64,000 nt of DNA from NCBI GenBank assembly GCA_045603685.1, contig JAZUMR010000014.1:3101-67100 (forward strand). Direction: 5' to 3'. Below, one piece after another: positions 55,013 through 64,000 of this stretch (positions are counted from its first letter, which is position 1; the number at the start of each line of letters is the position of its first letter). The stretch comes from Prevotella sp. Lineage in GTDB: Bacteria; Bacteroidota; Bacteroidia; Bacteroidales; Bacteroidaceae. The position numbers were made by a program, and so were the translations under genes. Below the pieces are notes generated by a model. The model made no database searches. It saw only the letters and a program-made list of their open reading frames with translations, and was not told the DNA's origin.

Positions 55013-56305
55013 TTATTTCGCAATAATTAGGAAATATTTTTTCTTGCCTTGCTGTGCCAGAAGGTATTTCCCGTCGAGGAGGTCTGACTCTGCAAAAGCA
55101 TAGTTTGCGTCAGCCAGTTTCTCCTTGTTGATTGACACTCCGCCGCCCTGTGTCAGCTTGCGCATCTCGCCTTTTGAAGGGAACACTGGCGCATCAGCTG
55201 TCAGGAGTTCTATGGCTGGCTTGCCGATGATAGCTTCCTTAGCCACCTCATAGTGAGGAACGCCTGCGAATACATCGAGAAGTGTCTGCTCATCAAGCTT
55301 CAACAGAGAGTCCTTTGTAGACTTGCCGAAGAGTATGTTAGATGCTTCCTTCGCCATATTGAGGTCGTCAAGCGAGTGCACCATCACTGTCACCTCGTCT
55401 GCAAGACGCTTCTGCAGAACACGGCGGCCTGGATCCTGATGCTGCTCCTCTATGATTGCATCTATCTCTTCCTTATCAAGCGATGTGAAAATCTTGATGT
55501 ATTTCTCTGCATCCGCATCAGGCACATTGAGCCAGAACTGGTAGAACTGGTATGGTGTGGTGCGGTTACGGTCGAGCCAGATGTTTCCTGTCTCTGTCTT
55601 TCCGAACTTGCGGCCGTCAGACTTTGTAACGAGCGGACATGTCAGAGCATAGCACTCGTTGCCGTTAATACGGCGGATAAGCTCCGAACCTGTTGTGATA
55701 TTGCCCCACTGATCTGCTCCGCCAAGCTGCAGCTTGCAGTTCTTGTGTTCGTTGAGGTATAGGAAGTCGTAGCCCTGAAGCAACTGGTAAGTGAACTCTG
55801 TGAATGACAGACCGTCGCGAGCCTCACCATTCAGACGCTTCTGCACACTATCCTTCGCCATCATATAGTTAACGGTGATGTGCTTACCGATGTCGCGTGC
55901 GAAATCAAGGAAGGTAAAGTTCTTCATCCAGTCGTAGTTATTAACAAGCTCGGCACGGTTTGTTGCGTCGCTGTCAAAATCAAGGAAGCGAGCAAGCTGC
56001 TCACGTATACACTTCACATTGTGTGCCAGTGTCTCCTCATCAAGAAGGTTACGCTCCTGCGACTTGCCTGATGGATCGCCTATCATGCCAGTAGCGCCAC
56101 CGATAAGTGCCAGCGGCTTGTGGCCACAACGCTGGAAATGACGCAGCATCATAACGCCGCAGAGGTGGCCGATATGAAGCGAGTCGGCTGTTGGGTCTAT
56201 TCCGAGATATGCTGTCACCTGCTCTTTCTGCAGGAGTTCCTCTGTGCCTGGCATCATCTGGTGTATCATGCCACGCCATGTAAGTTCTTCAACAAAGTTC
56301 TTCAT
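55013..56305 (-). CDS. tyrS: Tyrosine--tRNA ligase
   Basis: [14 protein letters not shown] (HIGH motif), KFGKT (KMSKS-like motif), C-terminal S4-like domain. Confidence 0.95.
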   Translation of the reverse strand: MKNFVEELTWRGMIHQMMPGTEELLQKEQVTAYLGIDPTADSLHIGHLCGVMMLRHFQRCGHKPLALIGGATGMIGDPSGKSQERNLLDEETLAHNVKCIREQLARFLDFDSDATNRAELVNNYDWMKNFTFLDFARDIGKHITVNYMMAKDSVQKRLNGEARDGLSFTEFTYQLLQGYDFLYLNEHKNCKLQLGGADQWGNITTGSELIRRINGNECYALTCPLVTKSDGRKFGKTETGNIWLDRNRTTPYQFYQFWLNVPDADAEKYIKIFTSLDKEEIDAIIEEQHQDPGRRVLQKRLADEVTVMVHSLDDLNMAKEASNILFGKSTKDSLLKLDEQTLLDVFAGVPHYEVAKEAIIGKPAIELLTADAPVFPSKGEMRKLTQGGGVSINKEKLADANYAFAESDLLDGKYLLAQQGKKKYFLIIAK

Positions 56306-56481
56306 CTTATATCGTTGTATTATATATTATTGTTTTTGGCTTGTTTCAAATTACCATGCTATCCGTGCGACACTGCTTTTCACTGCACAAGACGCTCTGT
56401 TTTACTTGCCAAAGCGCTGCTATGCTTTCCGTACAGCACTGCTATCTACGGTTGGAGTCATACAGTCCACATGGGCGAGAC

Positions 56482-56715
56482 CTATGGTACAGGGTCATAG
56501 CCAGAGCCGCCCCAAGGATGACACCGTGCCAGACGTTTCAGTCCGAGCCACAATCCTTTCAGTGCGCCGTGCTTGACTATTGCCTGACGCATATATTCTG
56601 AGCACGTCGGTGTGAAACGGCAGGAGGCTGGCGTATAGGGCGATATGCAGTGCTGATAGACCCATATCGGCATAAGCAGTATTTTCTGCAGCAGCATCTT
56701 AAAGATTCTCATCAT
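56482..56715 (-). CDS. yidD: Membrane protein insertion efficiency factor YidD
   Basis: [49 protein letters not shown]. Start trimmed to ATG 56715. Confidence 0.9.
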   Translation of the reverse strand: MMRIFKMLLQKILLMPIWVYQHCISPYTPASCRFTPTCSEYMRQAIVKHGALKGLWLGLKRLARCHPWGGSGYDPVP

Positions 56716-56747
56716 TCTGTCTTTTCTTTTTCGGCTGGCGATGCTGA

Positions 56748-57149
56748 CTACCACAGAGCCTGCGCCGCTGTTATCTTGGAAAGAATCTTTATCATGCGCT
56801 TCTCTATCTCGCTGGTAGTGTAGAGCCGGTCGGCTAACCATACAAACGCTATATGCAGCTGGCGGCCAGACGAGGCGTATCGTTCCGTCAGCTCATGGCT
56901 GATGTTCAGACGGTAAGCCTCACGCATCTGACGCTTCACACGATTTCGCTTTACTGCACGCTTGAAGTGTCGCTTCGGCACACAGAACATGACCTGCACC
57001 GGGACATCATCGCTCTGACACCGCTCCTCTCTGTATGTCACACGGACAGGGAATACGGTAAAAGCCTTGGTGTCCGCAGCGCTGAACAGCCTGTCAATAA
57101 AGATTTTGCTCTTCAGGCGTGGCGATAATGTGTTAGTCTTCGAGGTCAC
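56748..57149 (-). CDS. rnpA: Ribonuclease P protein component
   Basis: [29 protein letters not shown] start at 57149; there is no upstream in-frame ATG. Confidence 0.85.
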   Translation of the reverse strand: MTSKTNTLSPRLKSKIFIDRLFSAADTKAFTVFPVRVTYREERCQSDDVPVQVMFCVPKRHFKRAVKRNRVKRQMREAYRLNISHELTERYASSGRQLHIAFVWLADRLYTTSEIEKRMIKILSKITAAQALW

Positions 57150-57882
57150 GCAAATATGCTCGTAATGCAGTTATCATTGAAGGATGCTTTGGAGTAGGCG
57201 CCTGCAGTTCCAATTCGTAACCCAGGTCCTCTGCCGCCTTGGCTGTAGCAGGTCCGAATGTAGCCACCTTCAGTCCGTTATGAACATTCTCATCGAGGTT
57301 ATCGTGCAATGTCTTGACGCCTGTAGGGCTGAACAGCACTACCATGTCATAGTCGAAAGCTTCTTTCTCAGCCTCTGTGAAATCATCATTGACTGTCTCA
57401 TACATCACACATTCTGTATGATTGAGCCCATGGCTGTCTAACAGATTCTTGATATCGTCGTTGTGTACAGAACTCAGCGGAACAAGGAATTTCTCTGTCT
57501 TGTGCTTCAGCATTGAAGGAATGAGGTCGTCAATCTTTCCAGACACTCCGAAGAATACCTTTCTCTTGCGGTAATGTGCGTACTTCTGTATGTAGAGAGC
57601 TATTGCTTCTGTCGTACAGAAATACTTCATTGTCTCAGGTACAGGAACACGCAATTCCTTTGAAAGAGCAAAGAAATTGTCGATAGCATACTTAGAAGTG
57701 AATATCACTGCTGTATGCTCTGCCAGTGAGACATGCTGCTGTCTGAATTCTTTAGAACTAATACCTACTACCTTGATAAAAGGTCTGAACACTAACTCCA
57801 CTTCATAGTCGCGCTCGATATCAAAGTACGGAGATTTTTCACTTGTTGGTTTTGGCTGCGAAACAAGTATTTTCTTAATCAT
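57133..57882 (-). CDS. Uroporphyrinogen-III synthase (HemD)-like protein
   Basis: 249 aa. ILVSQPKPTSEKSPYFDIERDY..AVIFTSKYAIDNFF resembles the Bacteroidetes HemD-like family. Overlaps rnpA by 17 nt. Confidence 0.65.
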   Translation of the reverse strand: MIKKILVSQPKPTSEKSPYFDIERDYEVELVFRPFIKVVGISSKEFRQQHVSLAEHTAVIFTSKYAIDNFFALSKELRVPVPETMKYFCTTEAIALYIQKYAHYRKRKVFFGVSGKIDDLIPSMLKHKTEKFLVPLSSVHNDDIKNLLDSHGLNHTECVMYETVNDDFTEAEKEAFDYDMVVLFSPTGVKTLHDNLDENVHNGLKVATFGPATAKAAEDLGYELELQAPTPKHPSMITALRAYLRDLED

Positions 57883-57889
57883 TGTATTA

Positions 57890-58930
57890 CTAGTAATTTA
57901 CTTTCAGGAAGTTGGCTACAGAGACCAAAATTCCCCATATCAGAAGGGGAGGGATTATTTCGAGGGCACAAAAGTACAAAAAATTTCGCAGAAAACCGTC
58001 TGTTTTCTTGAAAAAGATTTGATAACTCTTGTAAATCAGCAATATTTTAACAAAAACGACAATGGCAAGCGTGTAAACCAATGAATTTTCGATAGATAAG
58101 CCGAAATACGCCATCAGCAGGAGCATAGGTGTCAGCATGATGCCTGCGATGGCAGTTGTAAAGAGTTTTGATGTTGTCCAGAGCTCGTTAGAATATTGCG
58201 AAAAGAAGATGTTATTTACAATTTTCTGCAGCAGATATTCAAAGACAAAAAACGCCATGAATATTCCGACATATATCGCCATAAGGGTGTATTCGCTGTA
58301 CGTGACATATGTTTCGGCAATGTAATGCTTTGAATAGAAGAAAAACATTATGCCGAGGGTAACGGCAGCATATATGTCTGTGTATAGGAGGTATCGTTTT
58401 TCTGTGGCTGTCTCACGCTGTATACTTGAGTCCGTGCGTACTGTATGGAAGAAGTTCTTGAGCTGGAAGATGAAGAGGCGGGAAGATCTTCGCACACTGT
58501 ACATAAGCATCAGTATGCCGAAAATGAGCAATGGAGTAAGCACATTGTCATTGCGCACGCTGTAAGGCACGGGGTCGCCGGCTATGCCATAGCGTCCGCT
58601 CTGGTTCTCTTTGTATATCAGCGTATCCTTTGCAAAGAAAGACTGCTTGTAATACTCTGGCATCTTGTTTACTGTGACAGGTATCGGTTCGTCCTCCTTA
58701 GGCATAAGCAGCGAGTCTATCTTCACAGGCCAATGGTTTATTCTGGCGGTGTAGATAGACCTTGCGGTGCTGTCCTCCTGTGCATGAAGCAGCTGCAGGG
58801 CCCCATTTTCTGCTGCAATCTGTTCTGCGGGAGCCTGTTCTGCCACATGCGTCTCCTGCACATCTGCTGCCTGCGGATGCACATCAGGAATAGCCTGCTG
58901 GTGTTTTATGGAATCTGGTTGCTGTATCAA
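57890..58930 (-). CDS. Multi-pass membrane protein, DUF4271-like (start uncertain, TTG at 58930)
   Basis: The C-terminal ~220 aa form 6 or more hydrophobic helices. Its position upstream of the HemD-like gene matches the DUF4271 synteny I remember. Confidence 0.55.
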   Translation of the reverse strand: MIQQPDSIKHQQAIPDVHPQAADVQETHVAEQAPAEQIAAENGALQLLHAQEDSTARSIYTARINHWPVKIDSLLMPKEDEPIPVTVNKMPEYYKQSFFAKDTLIYKENQSGRYGIAGDPVPYSVRNDNVLTPLLIFGILMLMYSVRRSSRLFIFQLKNFFHTVRTDSSIQRETATEKRYLLYTDIYAAVTLGIMFFFYSKHYIAETYVTYSEYTLMAIYVGIFMAFFVFEYLLQKIVNNIFFSQYSNELWTTSKLFTTAIAGIMLTPMLLLMAYFGLSIENSLVYTLAIVVFVKILLIYKSYQIFFKKTDGFLRNFLYFCALEIIPPLLIWGILVSVANFLKVNY

Positions 58931-58965
58931 GGAGAGTGTGATATATGCTTATTAGAGTGTGGTCA

Positions 58966-59039
58966 TGCCTGATGAAAGCAGCATACATGCCTATAGGAAA
59001 CGTAAGGGCTGCCTGATGAAAGCGTCATACATGTCTATT
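58966..59039. repeat. Two ~30-nt direct repeats, 44 bp apart
   Basis: tgcctgatgaaagcagcatacatgcctat (58966) versus tgcctgatgaaagcgtcatacatgtctat (59010). Confidence 0.7.
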
Positions 59040-59050
59040 TAAAATAGCAC

Positions 59051-59096
59051 AAGGCATGAGAAGGGATGCGATGAACGTCACCCCTCCTCATGCCTT
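59051..59096 (-). terminator. metK terminator
   Basis: aaggcatgagaaggg pairs with cccctcctcatgcctt (14 of 15). The minus strand continues gtgctatttta. Confidence 0.7.
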
Positions 59097-59102
59097 TATG
59101 TT

Positions 59103-60356
59103 CTACAGGCCGAAAACCTGCTTTATCTCTTCTACACGGTCGAGCTTCTCCCATGTAAAGAGTTCTACTTCCATTTCCTTTGTTTCATGATACAGCGAAG
59201 TGAAAGTTTTCTTCACAGTCTTGCATTCACGGCCCATGTGTCCGTATGCCGCTGTCTCGCTGTAAATAGGGTTGCGCAGTTTCAGCGAGCGTTCGATAGA
59301 TTTCGGACGCAGGTCGAACATGCCTCGTATCTTCTCTGCTATCTCGCCGTCAGTCATTCCGACATTAGAACGGCCGTAAGTGTTTACGTAAATGCTTACA
59401 GGCTCTGCCACGCCGATGGCATAAGAAAGCTGCACAAGCATCTCGTCAGCCACGCCTGCCGCAACCATGTTCTTCGCTATATGGCGTGCCGCGTATGCAG
59501 CAGAACGGTCGACCTTAGAAGGGTCCTTGCCAGAGAAGGCGCCACCGCCATGCGCGCCCTTGCCGCCGTACGTGTCAACGATAATCTTGCGTCCCGTCAG
59601 ACCTGTGTCGCCATGTGGTCCGCCAATAACGAACTTGCCCGTAGGATTAACGAAATACTTGATATCATCGTTGAAGAGGCTGAGCATACGCTCGTCCTTC
59701 AACTGTTCCTTCACTCTCGGTATGAGAATGTTTATCACGTCGTGGCGTATCTGCTCAAGCATTTTCTCGTCCTCATCAAACTCATCATGCTGTGTAGACA
59801 CCACGATAGTGTCTATCCTCTGAGGCACGTTGTTATCGTCATACTCTATGGTTACCTGCGACTTTGAGTCCGGGCGGAGGTACGTCATAACCTTTCCTTC
59901 GCGGCGTATGTCAGCGAGTGTCTTCATGAGAAGCTGCGCCAAATCGAGCGAAACAGGTATGTAGCGGTCGGTCTCCACTGTAGCGTATCCGAACATCATG
60001 CCCTGGTCGCCTGCTCCCTGCTGGTCTTCCTCCTCTCGTGACACACCTCTGCGTATGTCACCCGACTGCTCATGGATGGCTGTAAGGATACCGCATGAAT
60101 TGCCGTCGAACTGATATTCCGACTTAGTATATCCTATACGGTTGATTGTCCTGCGTGCAATGGTCTGCAAATCGATATATGCTTCAGATGACACCTCGCC
60201 CATGATGATTACCTGTCCTGTAGTTACGAACGATTCAATGGCACAGTGCGCCTTGTCATCATACGCAAGAAACTGGTCGAGGAGAGCATCGCTAATCTGG
60301 TCAGCCACTTTGTCTGGATGACCCTCTGAAACTGATTCTGATGTGAATAAATACAT
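59103..60356 (-). CDS. metK: S-adenosylmethionine synthase
   Basis: [59 protein letters not shown]. Confidence 0.97.
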   Translation of the reverse strand: MYLFTSESVSEGHPDKVADQISDALLDQFLAYDDKAHCAIESFVTTGQVIIMGEVSSEAYIDLQTIARRTINRIGYTKSEYQFDGNSCGILTAIHEQSGDIRRGVSREEEDQQGAGDQGMMFGYATVETDRYIPVSLDLAQLLMKTLADIRREGKVMTYLRPDSKSQVTIEYDDNNVPQRIDTIVVSTQHDEFDEDEKMLEQIRHDVINILIPRVKEQLKDERMLSLFNDDIKYFVNPTGKFVIGGPHGDTGLTGRKIIVDTYGGKGAHGGGAFSGKDPSKVDRSAAYAARHIAKNMVAAGVADEMLVQLSYAIGVAEPVSIYVNTYGRSNVGMTDGEIAEKIRGMFDLRPKSIERSLKLRNPIYSETAAYGHMGRECKTVKKTFTSLYHETKEMEVELFTWEKLDRVEEIKQVFGL

Positions 60357-60478
60357 ATTTCTTGTTGTGTTATACTATTACTGCCGCTGCAGGACATGCG
60401 GACACAATGCATGGAACAAGCATCTGCACACAGTCCTGCCGCCGATTATTCTTTATAAAAGCTGTTTTTTCGCCCTGG

Positions 60479-62440
60479 TTATTTCTTTGTGGCTTTCACG
60501 AGATAAACCATCAGCGCAATATACATCACGAGAGCCAAGGCCTCTGACCACGGATTAGCCAGCCAAGCGTCGTTTATGAAGTTGTAGCCCATGAATCGCA
60601 TGAGCGCCGAAACCACACCCATGAGTGCGCCGCCAGCAATGAATCCACTGGCAATGAGCGTACCTTTCTCGCCGCGCAGCTTGTTCACCGCCTCGTCCTT
60701 TGAGCGTGTAGTCACATACCAGTTGAGCGCACCGCCGATAAGTATTGGCGTATTCAGCTCCAACGGGATGAACATGCCAAGGGCAAAGGCGAGTGCAGGC
60801 ACTTTCATCCATGTCAGGACAATGGCGAGCACAGCACCGATGGCATAGAGAAGCCATGGCGCTCCGGCACCGTTCATGAGCGGTTCGATAACCGCCGCCA
60901 TAGCATTGGCCTGCGGAGCAGCAAGCTGTCCTGATGCGAATCCGTATGTCTCGTTAAGCAGAATCATCACGCCAGCCACCGTAGCGGCAGAAACCAGCGT
61001 GCCAAGGAACTTCCATTGCTCCTGCTTCTTTGGCGTTGTACCTATCCAGTAGCCTATCTTGAGGTCAGTGACGAAGCTGCCCGACATAGACAGTGCGGTA
61101 CATGCCACCGAGCCCATGATAAGCGCTGCGAGCATTCCGGTTGTGCCGTTGAGCCCCATGCCCGCCATCACTACTGAAGCCAGGATGAGCGTCATGAGCG
61201 TCATGCCTGACACAGGGTTAGTGCCTACGATAGCGATGGCGTTGGCAGCCACTGTCGTAAAGAGGAATGCAATGATGACAACGAGAAGCAGAGACACCAC
61301 AGCAAAGAGCCAGTTCTGCTGCATCACGCCGAAATAGAGGAACAATCCGATGGCGGCAATCGTTGCCACGATGCCTATAGCAATCAGCTTGAAAGAGATG
61401 TCCTTCTGCGTGCGAGCCACCTCAGCCACAGCATTTCCCTTGCCATGGAGCTCACGTGCGGCCAGCGAAATGGCACCTGTGATTATGCCCCACGAACGTA
61501 TAATGCCTATCACGCCAGCCATGGCGATACCGCCGATGCCTATCGACTTGCCGTAGCTTGTGAATATCTGCTCTGGTGTCATGTCGCCCACCGGCATTGT
61601 AATCGTTGCGTCCCACTGGTTCAGCACCGTATCATTGAACACCAATGCCATGACAGGAACAATGAGCCACCATACTGCAAACGAGCCGAGGCAGATGATG
61701 AAGGCATACTTCAGACCGATGATATAGCCCAGTCCGACTACAGCTGCCGAGGTGTTCACCTTGAACACAAGCTTCGCCTTGTCAGCAATGACATCGCCAA
61801 GAGGCAGGATGCGTGTGGTGAAAAGCTCGTTCCACCATCCGAAAGAGCTTACGACAAAGTCGTAGAGTCCGCCTATCAGACCTGCGAACAGCAGCGATTT
61901 AGCCTGGTTGCCGCCCTCTTCGCCGCTCACGATGACCTGTGTCGTGGCAGTAGCCTCAGGGAACGGATACTTGCCGTGCTGCTCCTTGACGAAATACTTG
62001 CGGAAAGGAATGAGGAAGAGAATGCCGAGCACACCTCCGAGAAGCGACGCTATGAATATCTGCCAGAACGATGCAGTCATCTCAGGATACTTCGCCTGAA
62101 GGATATAGATAGCAGGCAGTGTGAATATCGCTCCGGCGACAATTGCTCCGGAGCATGCTCCGATGCTCTGGATGATGATGTTCTCGCCCAGCGCATCCTT
62201 ACGCTTAGCCGCGGCAGACATGCCCACAGCAATGATAGAGATAGGGATGGCAGCCTCGAACACCTGCCCCACCTTCAGTCCGAGATAGGCTGCGGCAGCC
62301 GAGAAGACAATAGTCATAAGCAAGCCCCACCCCACTGACCACAGCGTAACCTCCTTGTGGTCGCGTTCCGGAGACAGAAGCGGTTTGTATTCCTCGCCTT
62401 CTTTCAGTTCGGTGAAGGCGTTATCTGGTAATTTAGCCAT
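60479..62440 (-). CDS. OPT-family oligopeptide transporter
   Basis: 653 aa with about 16 TM segments. The N-terminus EGEEYKPLLSP..EVTLWSVGWGLLM..AAAAYLGLKVG is typical of bacterial OPT proteins. Confidence 0.85.
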   Translation of the reverse strand: MAKLPDNAFTELKEGEEYKPLLSPERDHKEVTLWSVGWGLLMTIVFSAAAAYLGLKVGQVFEAAIPISIIAVGMSAAAKRKDALGENIIIQSIGACSGAIVAGAIFTLPAIYILQAKYPEMTASFWQIFIASLLGGVLGILFLIPFRKYFVKEQHGKYPFPEATATTQVIVSGEEGGNQAKSLLFAGLIGGLYDFVVSSFGWWNELFTTRILPLGDVIADKAKLVFKVNTSAAVVGLGYIIGLKYAFIICLGSFAVWWLIVPVMALVFNDTVLNQWDATITMPVGDMTPEQIFTSYGKSIGIGGIAMAGVIGIIRSWGIITGAISLAARELHGKGNAVAEVARTQKDISFKLIAIGIVATIAAIGLFLYFGVMQQNWLFAVVSLLLVVIIAFLFTTVAANAIAIVGTNPVSGMTLMTLILASVVMAGMGLNGTTGMLAALIMGSVACTALSMSGSFVTDLKIGYWIGTTPKKQEQWKFLGTLVSAATVAGVMILLNETYGFASGQLAAPQANAMAAVIEPLMNGAGAPWLLYAIGAVLAIVLTWMKVPALAFALGMFIPLELNTPILIGGALNWYVTTRSKDEAVNKLRGEKGTLIASGFIAGGALMGVVSALMRFMGYNFINDAWLANPWSEALALVMYIALMVYLVKATKK

Positions 62441-62595
62441 AAATTATGTTGTTTGATTTGTTATTCCATGCGTTTTCCCGTGGCAAAGAAAGCAACGGCA
62501 ACACCATTGCCTGGCGTTTGCGTGCAAAATTACTCATTTTTTTTCACAAAGCCGAATAAACCCGCATTTTATTTTGATTTCTCATCAAAAATGCT

Positions 62596-62603
62596 TACCT
62601 TTG
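62596..62603 (+). promoter_or_regulatory. -7 box TACCTTTG for the DUF4254-like gene
   Basis: Exact motif, 28 nt upstream of ATG 62631. The track start at 62574 lies upstream of it. Confidence 0.55.
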
Positions 62604-62630
62604 CATTCACTAACCCAATTAACACATTCT

Positions 62631-63233
62631 ATGTCATTTACAGAAACAGCAATAAAGATTTTCAATCAAGCCATAGCAGACTATCATGTCACAGACAATG
62701 TTGACACTCCTATCCAGAACCCGTATCAGCGCGACGAGATAGAGAACCGCCTATACCTGAAGTGCTGGATAGATACTGTGCAGTGGCACTATGAAGATAT
62801 CATCCGCGACCCGCACATCGACCCTATCGAAGCAGTGTCGCTCAAGCGCCGCATAGACCAGTCTAACCAGGACCGCACCGACCTCGTGGAGCAGATTGAC
62901 TCATATTTCCGTCAGCTATACAGCGATGTCAGCGTGCTGGACGACGCAACAATAAACACTGAGTCGCCAGCATGGGCTGTCGACCGCCTAAGCATTCTGC
63001 AGCTGAAAATCTACCACATGCAGGAGCAGGTGAACCGTGAGGATGCCTCAGCAGAACATATTGCCAAGTGTCAGGCTAAGCTCGACGTGCTGCTAGAGCA
63101 GAATACCGACCTCTCTACAGCCATCGACCAGCTGCTCAGCGACATCCAGGCAGGCAAGAAATACATGAAGGTGTACAGACAGATGAAGATGTACAACGAC
63201 CCTGCCACTAATCCTGTGCTCTACAAGAAATAA
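62631..63233 (+). CDS. DUF4254-like protein
   Basis: Start at ATG 62631 (MSFTETAIKIFNQAI). WHYEDIIRDP..WAVDRLSILQLKIYHM. Its position beside a GT9 gene matches the synteny I remember. Confidence 0.55.
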   Translation: MSFTETAIKIFNQAIADYHVTDNVDTPIQNPYQRDEIENRLYLKCWIDTVQWHYEDIIRDPHIDPIEAVSLKRRIDQSNQDRTDLVEQIDSYFRQLYSDVSVLDDATINTESPAWAVDRLSILQLKIYHMQEQVNREDASAEHIAKCQAKLDVLLEQNTDLSTAIDQLLSDIQAGKKYMKVYRQMKMYNDPATNPVLYKK

Positions 63234-63391
63234 GCGCAGCACTCTGGCTTAAGCGAAACAAAGGCTCCGAAGCATACGGTTCCGGCATGAATACGGCTGT
63301 ATGATTCTGGCATGAGTTTTCTATAAAATTCATAGATTCACAGCATCAGAATCTGCATCCTATGCTTTCGGAATCTGCATTTTTGCCGTTT

Positions 63392-63688
63392 ACGCAACAG
63401 AAAACGCCTGATGAATGGCTGATTTCCAGCAAATCGGGGCACAAGCAAATACATTTCGCATGCCCATTCGCTACTTCTTGCATCGTCATTCGTAGCCTTT
63501 TGGCATGCTAAAAGCAGCCTTTCACGGCGCAAGCCATGCTGGCAGACGCTCTCTCGCAACGCAATCAGTTATCATTCAGGCGGTTATCAAAAACGTGAAA
63601 ATCCTGCGATTTTTCACAGCGCAGCCGCCAATGAAACTCTACAGGCGATTCTCATGCGTTAAAAAACGTAAAGTTTTCTAATTTCAAG
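63392..63688 (+). repeat. About 297-bp interspersed repeat, family B copy
   Basis: See 50960-51255. Internal 22-bp-phased CATTCG modules at 63465 and 63487. Confidence 0.75.
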
Positions 63689-63740
63689 CCTACGCATCTC
63701 AAAGGGTAAGAAGACACTGCCAGTACTCAGCATAACAGAA

Positions 63741-64000
63741 ATGAAAGCATCAAACAGCAACGCAGCAAACACAACAGGGATAACCCGGCTGCTCGTAACA
63801 CGGTTTTCTGCCATAGGCGATGTAGCCATGACAGTGCCGGTTGTCAAGGCTTTAGCCATGGCATACCCCGACATGCGCATCATGGTGGTGAGCCGCCCTT
63901 TTGCAAAGGCTTTCTATGAATCACTGGCAGAGAATGTGGAGTTTCATGCGCTCAACCTGAAGGAGCCGCGTTACAAAGGACTGCTGGGCATGGAGCACGT
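63741..64000 (+). CDS. Glycosyltransferase family 9 (heptosyltransferase-like); C-terminus beyond the window edge
   Basis: ATG at 63741. MKASNSNAANTTGITRLLVTRFSAIGDVAMTVPVVKALAMAYPDMRIMVVSRPF, hand-translated. Open to the window end and not in the ORF track. Confidence 0.8.
   Translation, partial: MKASNSNAANTTGITRLLVTRFSAIGDVAMTVPVVKALAMAYPDMRIMVVSRPFAKAFYESLAENVEFHALNLKEPRYKGLLGMEH

Noticed and set aside
56306-56481. T-box or other leader upstream of tyrS.
   Set aside because: No specifier/antiterminator architecture is visible, and T-boxes are not expected in Bacteroidota. The region mainly contains family B-type AAAAGCAG words.

Overview
This is a 64-kb chromosomal segment from a Bacteroidota genome, probably Bacteroidales and Prevotella-like. 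The evidence is T9SS genes, TAnnTTTG -7 promoter boxes, no Shine-Dalgarno sequences and Bacteroidales-type signal and lipoprotein peptides. Left to right it contains: (i) The first 4.9 kb of a giant Ig-repeat surface-protein gene; the ORF track misses it because it runs off the window. (ii) Small housekeeping and stress genes: nicotinamidase, OmpA-like lipoprotein, flavodiiron protein, a split ChrA pair, an Upf1-like helicase, an orphan ABC ATPase, a secreted esterase and a GNAT. (iii) rplM-rpsI-rpsB-tsf. (iv) A 21-kb block of seven secreted exo-glycosidases with no other gene types (GH95, GH140-like, two sialidase-fold proteins, GH78, two GH2, a malectin domain); this composition matches rhamnogalacturonan-II side-chain breakdown. 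(v) ispF, porV-porU (T9SS), an FAH hydrolase, a flavodoxin-like reductase, an ECF sigma/anti-sigma operon, an SDR, tRNA-Gln, tyrS, yidD-rnpA-HemD-like-DUF4271, metK, an OPT transporter, DUF4254 and a partial GT9 glycosyltransferase. There is no transposase, integrase, CRISPR array, reverse transcriptase or recognisable defence gene, and I found no convincing new protein-based system. The least-explained signal is non-coding. Intergenic regions carry several repeat families: a composite repeat that is always co-oriented with transcription and donates stop codons, a 9-bp-phased TCTAGA array, a 193-bp imperfect palindrome, and many arrays spaced at multiples of about 22 bp. These are my best candidates for something undescribed, with modest confidence. 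All family names come from motifs I recognise by eye; no search was run.
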